Assembly: GCA_977862235.1 (NCBI GenBank)
Contig: OZ374563.1
Span: forward strand, 496,001-560,000
Direction: 5' to 3'
DNA: 64,000 nt
From: Dudresnaya verticillata
Lineage: Eukaryota
Part shown: positions 55,800-64,000 of the stretch, in pieces
How the letters are laid out: each line of letters starts with the position of its first letter
Position numbering within the stretch: position 1 is the first letter of the stretch
Made by a program: the position numbers and the translations under genes
The notes under the pieces: generated by a model
Told to the model about the DNA's origin: nothing
Database searches by the model: none
What the model saw: the letters and a program-made list of their open reading frames with translations, nothing else

Positions 55800-58078
55800 T
55801 CCGGGCCGGCAGCCTCGGGAGTAGCCAGGACGTTATCCGATGAGGAATAGCAAGCCGTGCAGGGATACGACGGTGGACTGTTTAAGACCGAGCTCATCAT
55901 AAAAGAGGAGCTCGAGGAGGAGCCAACTACTATGGAGCCGGACCTCGTTCAGCCACGCGTACGTCCCATCATCCGCGAAGTGCGGCGTATTGTCCACCCG
56001 GTCGGTGCCGTGCGCCCTGCCAATGCGGGCGGTGACGACGTAGTGGACCCGACGGAGGATGATTAATCTACCATCCTCCAGTTGCTCATTAGGGCGCAAG
56101 CCGCGGGGTAGTTAATGCCGTTTCGTCAGTGTAGAGTTAATGTGTGTGCATGAGTTAAGAATTAAAATTCAATGTTGACGAGGGAGTTCGCCAAGTTGAT
56201 GGCGATATCGCCAACGCGGGTTGGGTTAGTGTTAGAGTTGAATTTTCGCGTCATGCGCGAGGTAGTATCGCTTGCCTGTGCCATAGGCAGCCTTGTTCCA
56301 GCTTTCGGGTGTGGGGGATGAGACTCCGCTTCCTAGGACCTACCCAAAAAGGGAGTGGACAATTATCCTTGAGGATCAAAGCATGGCGGGGACCAGGTTG
56401 AAGGTGCGCTCCCCTGCATAGGGATGCAGTCGAGGCGCTCCTCTGGATGATCCATAGCGTCATGTCGAGGCGAGCCTCTAGTTCATGAAGCCTGATGCCT
56501 TCTCTCCCAAGGTGAGGGGGATAGACTTTTGTTTCCAAAAACGACTTGGCGCACGTGCGCGGAGTGTACTCCTGGTCATGCCATTGACAGACAATGCCTT
56601 CTCCCAGTTGAGATATATCTCCTCTCGCTGTGCGGGTACAGTACGCCCAAAGGCACCGGTTGCCAGCAACGCGCAGTTTTGGCTTACACCTCTGCCCGTG
56701 GTATCTTACTGTGCCGCCTGGTGGGTCGTGTCTCAGCGCATGAGGTAATGAAACCAGGAGGGGGCGCTCAGGGCAAGGTGGCTATTTGTCTACCTCCAGG
56801 CGCTTGCCAACTCTTATCCCAACAGCAGCAACAGCGTCGCATCCTCGAGTTAGAGGGGAATGCCCCGCTTGCGAAGGTTCCTCGCCACGAGGTTCTGCGC
56901 GATATTCTCCCGTTGTTCACACGTATCATCCGCGGCAGAGCGTTGGTGCCACCGGATCTTATACCGCCTCGAATCGGGATCATAGGACACGATCCTGTCA
57001 TAGACATGCTCACGTGCGGGAGGGCGCTGATAACGGGAAACGCGAGGTTCCCCTGGTAGTGCCTCGGGCGTTTGGCCATTGATTCTTTCCCCAAGAGCAG
57101 GCGGGGCGGAGTTAGCAGGGCTTAGGCCGGCAATTTCCGGTAGGGTCTGCAGCGCTGCGAGAGGCGCTGATTGTGGTGCAACCCCGAAGACAACGGGGTC
57201 TGCCCCTAAACGTGTCCGAGTGGTCTCCCGCGAGGTAGTAGCAGACACCACGCGATGAGGCGGGTGTCGGCAGCTTGGGTAGAGCAGACAAGCCACGGGG
57301 TGTGCCCCGGTTGGTTGAGACGTGGGCGGGGTCGACTGTAAACCCCCGGCCCACGTAGAAGTGCTGTAGTGCACGTAGAACGACAAAAGGCGATTACACC
57401 GGTGAATGCCGTGAAGACAAGCAACGGAAAAGGGTACGTAAGCCCAGGTCGCACACGGTGTTGTCATCGGGAGCGAAGTTGGGGGTATCCTCAGGTCCCA
57501 AAGCCAGCTCGGCGCTTTATTGTCAAGGGGGGCTACACTAAGTAGCCCCCGCGGGAGGTGCGTGCGCGTGTGTCGCGCCGTGCGCCTGACACTTGTCACG
57601 CGCGCGCACCGCGAGCTGACTAAAATATCGCGCAAAATATCTACGTAGAAATATTACTATCGCACTGTCAATCAGTGCAAACTATGGGTGCGCATTGCTG
57701 GTGCGCACCCGAGCGAGGATTCCCTCGGATATATTCGGCGCGCCTGTTGCGCGTGTACATGTGGAGGCGTGTCGTCCGTGTGTGCTGTTGGCGCGTACTG
57801 TACGGGCGCGCGCGCACCGCGCCAAGGGCGCGGTGCCCATTGGCCGGATCTCGCGCGCGCGGCATGCATGTACAGGCCCGTTGCACATGCCGGTTATCGG
57901 CGTATTCTACGTCCGCGGTTGATCTGCGTCTTCCGTCTTCCGCTCACCGCGCGAGCGGGTGTAGCGATAAAACGGGGATTAACCCCGGGTCTTGCACCAC
58001 ACTGATCTGGACCCCATGGGTTCTAGGCCCGTGTCCCCGTTCTCTTCCACGATGGTAGGGGCCGCACTACGAAGGCGA
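55800..58078 (-). mobile_element. Remnant of a third Gypsy A-like chromovirus (integrase tail/chromodomain plus end of the antisense ORF)
   Basis: 56850-57030 (-) REHVYDRIVSYD..YKIRWHQ..NLVARNLRKRGIPL matches the Gypsy A pol end; 55857-56066 (+) matches the C-terminus of the A antisense ORF. Confidence 0.8.
57172..58001 (-). mobile_element. Solo LTR
   Basis: TGTGGTGCAA...TTGCACCACA; TSD CTGAT at 57167-71 and 58002-06. Confidence 0.93.
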
Positions 58079-58814
58079 TTTTAAAATGATTTGATAATTT
58101 CCATGGTAATATCCATTACATTTCTTGCGTCAGTTTTTGCGCCGGGCCCGACGGATGCGCATCATTAAAATCCCAGATTTGCAGCATGAATATCCTTGCG
58201 CCACAGCCTCGCGCCGTTGATTTATGTTTCATTTCCCCAGCACTTTTTGATCTCTTGTTTCTGGCGGTTTGGAGCATTATCGTTCATGTTTTGGTTTGTC
58301 TTCGCAATACTTCAAATTGTTCAGGCCTGGGTCATGAAAATTACGAGTTGTTTTGCGAATCCTAATGAATCTGGTTCAAGGGACTAATGCTTCATTTCCT
58401 TTGTCTGCCGCTTACAACATACGTGTTGCGATGCGGCGGCATCTCGCCAAATCACGGTCTAGAAACATCTCATTAATGCTACGCTTTACTCTGCAGTAAT
58501 GGAACGACATGTTCTAGGAATGATGATGCGGCCGCATCTTCCCATTCTACATTTCCTGACAAAGCATGCTTTTGGAGGTTCCTTTTCTGTTGTGCGTTTC
58601 GTAGGCGACGCATGCTTCTGGCGCGACCGCGCTCAGTGCACATTGCGCACATTCGCAGCACATTCGCATGCTGTATATGTGGCGCCATACCATACCCGCT
58701 GCCGTTTATTTTCCTCTACTTTCGGATATTTACTTGACTAATTCTTATGCGTCAGGCCTGACGAGAACGCGGACGTCCGGACGATTAAGCGTTTGCGGGT
58801 GCTCCGTCCGACCA

Positions 58815-60430
58815 CTAGCCAATCCACTCCTTAAGCCTATCCTCGTCGAGAAGAGCATCGAGCTCGTCACAAAGCGCGTCCCCTTCACACTGAAAGCAGG
58901 GGACTGCTATCTCAATGACTCCAATCGTTTGCGAGGCCCGTGAAAGGTCGGCCGACCATGCACGTGCCCTAACGGCTTGTGCGCGCCTCCACGATATGTG
59001 GAACCCCCGCGGGATACGACGTGTCCCAGGACAGAGCCCGCTATCTTTATCTTCCCGATTGGGGTCTTCGACATCTGATGGGACGCGTTTCGAGACTCGC
59101 AAAGAATGGACGAATCTTCTATCCTCTGAAGACCACTCCCTGTAATCTCTCATTAGCACAGTGCAGGCATCACCTTCTTCACTTTCTTTGTCCCTAGGGC
59201 GTCTCATGCCGCGGCCGGAGCTCCTCCCAACTAACAGTGCGCAGGGGTACGCTTCGTTATCTACGGTATACTCGTATGTTGCAAGAACCCTGAGGACTCT
59301 TCCATGGGACGTGGCCACGTCCCTTCTCAACATTTGAAGGCGATCGGCTTCCGAAGATATACCCAACACATCACACAGCATACCAAAAATGCGGAAGGAC
59401 ACAGAAATATCATCCGTGGACAGTGAAGTGCATTGAGGCAACTGAAAGGAGGGAAAAGGCAATACCGACATATCCATTATCACGTGCGTACTTGGCACGC
59501 CAGGTCCTGGCCAGAACCGCGAACTGCCCCACATCACAGTCCGCTGAAGCCTTGATGTAGTACTGCGCGGTATCGTTTTGAAGTTCGACATCATCCATTG
59601 TCTCACACCCTCCCTAATTACCCTTCCCGGCGTCAACAAACCAATTGTAGTTCGTTCTGAGACTGGCGTTCCGTGCGAATCTGGGTCCGGCCGGCCCGTC
59701 TGCTTGTTAAGAGGCGTTTGAGGTGCACATGATTCTTGCGAGGGACCCGACGCGGCCGCGCCAGGACCTCTTGAAGAACTCCTCCTTCTCAATGCCGAAT
59801 ATCTTGTTCTAGATGTTGTTCGCATCGGCCTTTTTCTCTTCCTGCGACTCGGCGTTTTCTGCAGCGCAAGGGCAATACGAAACCGAAGATAGCACAGGAC
59901 TCGCTGACAACTCTCATTCAGGCCTGGATTAGTACTAAGTTCGATCCGTGCCGAGTTGCTTTGTACACGATTCTTGAGCGCTTCAACCTCTGTTGTCAAA
60001 CTGGAATACCTGTCGCGAAGATTTTCCAGCTCTCCAATTGTCTTAGTATGTTGAACAGATTCGGGACCAGTCACAGGCATTGCCTGTTCCGTGTACACGT
60101 CTGTCTGATCATCTCTGTCACATATACGACCTCTTCGCGTAAACCCATCAGACGGGCCCGTCTTCATCATCCACGACAGCAACAGGTTGTCGTTTGTTTC
60201 ACGATCTTCCTCCCATACCCGAAGAAGCCTACCAGCCAGGAGCTCGACTTTTCCACGGATGCCATATAGCCGTATTGGGCGTTTGCGGCATACTCTATGG
60301 TCGCGGCCATGATCACATCTCCTTCATCAATTTCATCAACGGCGAGTACCTCAGCATCCCACCACAGCTCATCCCCATTGTCCATCTCCCAGGCGACTTG
60401 AACCCAATCGTTCGCCAGCGGTAGTGCATT
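58815..60430 (-). pseudogene. Uncharacterised frameshifted gene with Tudor-like N-terminus and a coiled coil
   Basis: WVQVAW/MDNGDELWWDAEV...IEY (60167-60430) leads by frameshift into ORF 58815..60182 (IGELENLRDRYSSLTTEVEALKNRV). Confidence 0.5.
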
Positions 60431-61150
60431 CCACTCTCTGCAGGCGCGCCTCGTAATACCAACCGTAATTGTAATAACACTTGATTCATTCGGGAGAGGG
60501 AAAAGTTGGCTTCAGAGCTCTGAAGGGAATTGCGAGAAACCAATCATTGCCATCATGCTCGGCCGAGCTCCGAATATGCGTATACGCCCGAACTTGCACG
60601 CTGTTTCAGGCACGATCAAAGATATGCTTCACATTACTCAAATTTCATGGATTGCAGCAATATTTTCCCTCGCTGCAAAAAGTGCACCTGGACTGTCTTT
60701 CTGAATGTGCTCAACGTCCATGGACATACATCAGGTCCTCTAGGTTAACCTACTGGGAACGGCCGTTCCTTTCTTCTACTGAAAACATCTCGAGTTATTG
60801 AAGACAATATGCGCGTCACCGGGAGGAAGACTTCCGAGAGACGGCGTGAATTGCAAGCCAGTTCCTCCAAAACGCCCAGACAACGGAAGGGGTCTTCGAA
60901 GGGAAACGGCTTGGTTGGACCTCCTCGCGAACTTTCTGACACTGTGGGAAGGAGGAAGAAGTCCGGCCGGGCCTCAAAATCATAAGAAGTGGAAACGCCT
61001 TCAACGGAACAGAACACACCGGGATCTGACACCATCACTCCACGAAGTGATAGACATGGAAGATAGCATGGTGCTGATCATAGCCCTAAGGGAAGTAAGC
61101 GGCCGCTTCTTCATGCTCTTCCAGAGACGCAGCCACGACTGGGTGATGAT

Positions 61151-63208
61151 ATGTATGACCCCACACCATCTCCGGAGTCACCTCCAATGAGGCGAAGAGC
61201 CACTCAAGCTGGAGGAGTTCTCGAGAACAAAGATAACCGAGGTATTGATGCAGAGTACCGTTCACCCGGGGCCCCGGATATTTCCCGCGGTAAAAGGAGA
61301 AAGATAGCTCTAAAGGTTCCACGGTCTGTGCCCCGAACACGCATAAATGACGGTATGGGTGATGATGAAGAGATTGGCCGAAGAGAAGATGTGGATCCGA
61401 GGTACCCGACCCCGGTGTCGAAAGGATTACCTCTTGATAGCGGGGAAGACACTCCTTTGTACATCAGAGGTCGATCCATGTTTGGTACTGCACCGAATAT
61501 GATTAAGCCTGGCCAGGCACGGTTGTCCACTCAGTCTCTGGTTATGAGAGACACAGCCGTGAATAACCTCATTGAGCAGATTGAGAGAAGTATCAAGCGT
61601 CATGTGGATGCGATTCAGGATGTCGTCTTAAAAACGTTTGCCGAGCTGGACAATAACATGGCCGAGGTTCGAAGAGATGTGCAAGACATCCGGTCTGCGG
61701 CACAACTGAGGGGGTCCGGGCCCGGATCGTGGCCGGCAGGTGGCTCTAAGAAGACAGCTCGGGCCATTTTTGACGCCAAACTCGATAACGTCACACCTCA
61801 TGCGAACTTAGTATTCAACCAAACAGTGATGTGCAGAGTGCTCAGTAGTTGCGTTTCCTACTGTGTCTCCAGTGCTGTTTCAAACAATGATGATACCTTA
61901 ATGGCGTCGGCCGACGCTGTTTGTTCCATCCTATTTGCGAAACAAGTTGATCAAGCCAAGAAGACGTTCACGGAAGGCACCGGGAGAAGCTTTAGTGCGT
62001 TTCGGTACTTGGTAGTAACGAATGCAGTATACAACGTTCAGCAGAACCGCTTCGGTCAGTTCAAGCCTCTACCTGGGATCGATGTGCCTGGAGGGCCTGG
62101 TGCCGGCCGGCCGGCCGGTCAAAATCAGCCCTCGATAGCCAAATCCGGGGAGGCACCCGCTTCGCAGACGTCAGGTATACAGGGCATACCCCCTGGAAAC
62201 GGAGTAGCTAATGACACTATAGACCACCTCGACTGGCTCAAACCGAAGATCATTGCTGAGGAGCATATTAATAATGCCCGAATGTTGTGCGAGATATCAA
62301 GTACGAAGACGAGCGATGTGGAAGGTCGTCCAACGGTACACTTAGGCGCAGAACGCGAGGTGCAGGAACGCGCTAAGACAATTGTCGTGAAGGATATGCC
62401 GACAAGTCAAGATGTTGCATACTTTGGTGCCTCGAGGATATACAATATTGTTACAGACTGGCTCCGCGGAAGCAGGCAGAAGGCGAAGAACGCTTTGGCA
62501 GAAGACCTGACGTACCTTATGCTCAACTGGGTCCAGTTGGACTGTTCAGGTGTGGAGCAGACCACTGTGCGGGTGCGGTTATCGACAACAGAAGCAAGTG
62601 CTGGCACATCTTTGTCCGAAGACGACTTGAACCTTGAAGAAATCCCGGAAACAACGCGAAACCCAAAGCGCACTATTGATATTGATGTCGCCAACACAAA
62701 GTTGTACAATGGGATACTGAAAGATAGGGTTGATATGATGGTAAGCGTGTGCCATGACGTCTTCGTGCTTCCATGCGCTGCCGGCAGCCGCCGGAGCTCC
62801 GATAGGAAACCACGGAAGAGGCAGGGTGGCGAGAAGAAGCCGCTTAAGAGAGTTGTCAACTTAGTTGAGGTGTCAATGAAGTTCTGTGTGGCATTTACCC
62901 AAAGCACATCAAAGGAATACTCTCCTGAGATTTTCCTTGGGGCACATGCAAAAGCGCTGCACACAGTGATGTCCATCGCTCATGTTCTGCGCCTTTTGGG
63001 GAAGACGTTTGTCGCAGTGCGTTTCGACGGGAGGGAGCGTTTCCGGGGCCGCGGAAAAACGACAAAAAGAATTAAGGTCGGAGCATTGGCACTGGACACA
63101 TTAGTGGCAGGAAACTCTAATATGAAAAGAGTTTTGACAAGTCGAGCGTTGCGAATGACCGAGAAAGAATACGAGATTCTCAACATTGCAGATCCTGTAG
63201 ACGGCTGA
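61151..63208 (+). CDS. Uncharacterised 685-aa protein (coiled coil; basic NLS-like patches)
   Basis: Long ATG-initiated ORF. The same frame continues upstream to ~60810 through two stops, so the gene may originally have been longer. Confidence 0.65.
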   Translation: MYDPTPSPESPPMRRRATQAGGVLENKDNRGIDAEYRSPGAPDISRGKRRKIALKVPRSVPRTRINDGMGDDEEIGRREDVDPRYPTPVSKGLPLDSGEDTPLYIRGRSMFGTAPNMIKPGQARLSTQSLVMRDTAVNNLIEQIERSIKRHVDAIQDVVLKTFAELDNNMAEVRRDVQDIRSAAQLRGSGPGSWPAGGSKKTARAIFDAKLDNVTPHANLVFNQTVMCRVLSSCVSYCVSSAVSNNDDTLMASADAVCSILFAKQVDQAKKTFTEGTGRSFSAFRYLVVTNAVYNVQQNRFGQFKPLPGIDVPGGPGAGRPAGQNQPSIAKSGEAPASQTSGIQGIPPGNGVANDTIDHLDWLKPKIIAEEHINNARMLCEISSTKTSDVEGRPTVHLGAEREVQERAKTIVVKDMPTSQDVAYFGASRIYNIVTDWLRGSRQKAKNALAEDLTYLMLNWVQLDCSGVEQTTVRVRLSTTEASAGTSLSEDDLNLEEIPETTRNPKRTIDIDVANTKLYNGILKDRVDMMVSVCHDVFVLPCAAGSRRSSDRKPRKRQGGEKKPLKRVVNLVEVSMKFCVAFTQSTSKEYSPEIFLGAHAKALHTVMSIAHVLRLLGKTFVAVRFDGRERFRGRGKTTKRIKVGALALDTLVAGNSNMKRVLTSRALRMTEKEYEILNIADPVDG

Positions 63209-63480
63209 GATGCCGCAACCTGCTGTGACACAGGTGATGTATCTGGGAGAGGCCTCTCCGGAGAAATTGTCACAAGCGACACGAATGGCATCATGGAGGT
63301 ATAGATGAACAATTGTTCATCGTTAAAGAAGCGAACTCATACAGCGTAGGCCTAGGTGTTCTGGGCCTACTGTTTACAACGTGCACAACAGTTAATTGTA
63401 TCTGTTAATGAAACGTGAGGACATGTGTTAAACAGCTCCTCACCGCCAGGTAGTAGTCACTACTGAGCTATCAAGAGTGG

Positions 63481-64000
63481 GCCCACTCCTTTCACAATGC
63501 ATGCCGTCGTGCACAAAATGAAAGCTGGAAGGAGCTAGCTCCGCAGCAGCTGCTTCAGCCTAGGCTATAGCCTGCAACACCTGGTTGTAACCAAGCAATG
63601 TGTTAGAGAGCAACTAGCTGCTGTTAGTTAGCAATTGCTTCAGTTGATAACGCTATAAGTACTTCAGGTATCATTTCGAAGCCTAGGCTGGATCGGAACT
63701 GAAGGACCATGCCCACTCCTTCAACACCGCATGCCGTCGTGCACAAAATGAAAGCTGGAAGGAGCTAGCTCCGCAGCAGCTGCTTCAGCCTAGGCTATAG
63801 CCTGCAACACCTGGTTGTAACCAAGCAATGTGTTAGAGAGCAACTAGCTGCTGTTAGTTAGCAATTGCTTCAGTTGATAACGCTATAAGTACTTCAGGTA
63901 TCATTTCGAAGCCTAGGCTGGATCGGAACTGAAGGACCATGCCCACTCCTTCAACACCGCATGCCGTCGTGCACAAAGTGAAAGCAGCAAGCAGCTGCTT
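63481..64000. repeat. 230-bp tandem repeat, at least 2.2 copies, running off the window
   Basis: GCCCACTCCT recurs at 63481, 63711 and 63941 with near-identical intervening sequence. Confidence 0.96.

Noticed and set aside
63481..64000. CRISPR array
   Set aside because: 230-bp units without unique spacers, no cas genes, eukaryotic context.

Overview
Eukaryotic, GC-rich, apparently intronless DNA. The gene style and TE repertoire suggest a red alga, but that is inference only. 1-6.8 kb holds three host genes: a partial GT92-like glycosyltransferase, a WDR55/JIP5-like WD40 protein and a Gln-rich LUFS/LisH co-regulator. 8.8-58 kb is a nested transposon pile-up whose order can be reconstructed from target-site duplications (TSDs). 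It contains a CRE-like non-LTR element between (TC)n tracts, a pogo-like transposon carrying Gypsy chromovirus A, a Tc1/Tc3-like transposon carrying a Copia element that in turn carries Gypsy chromovirus B, five solo LTRs with 5-bp TSDs, and several truncated LTRs. The window ends with two divergent uncharacterised ORFs and a 230-bp tandem repeat. Best leads: (1) a homologous antisense accessory gene in two divergent Gypsy families plus a third remnant, with SUMO/SIM-like tails in two of them; (2) a ~350-nt R-U5 structure with compensatory base changes shared by very different LTR families; (3) an extra ORF with two matrin/JAZ-type zinc fingers and an A-rich spacer upstream of Copia gag; (4) two independent double fold-back insertions; (5) a structured 5' end on the microsatellite-flanked CRE element. 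All alignments were done by eye and no searches were run.
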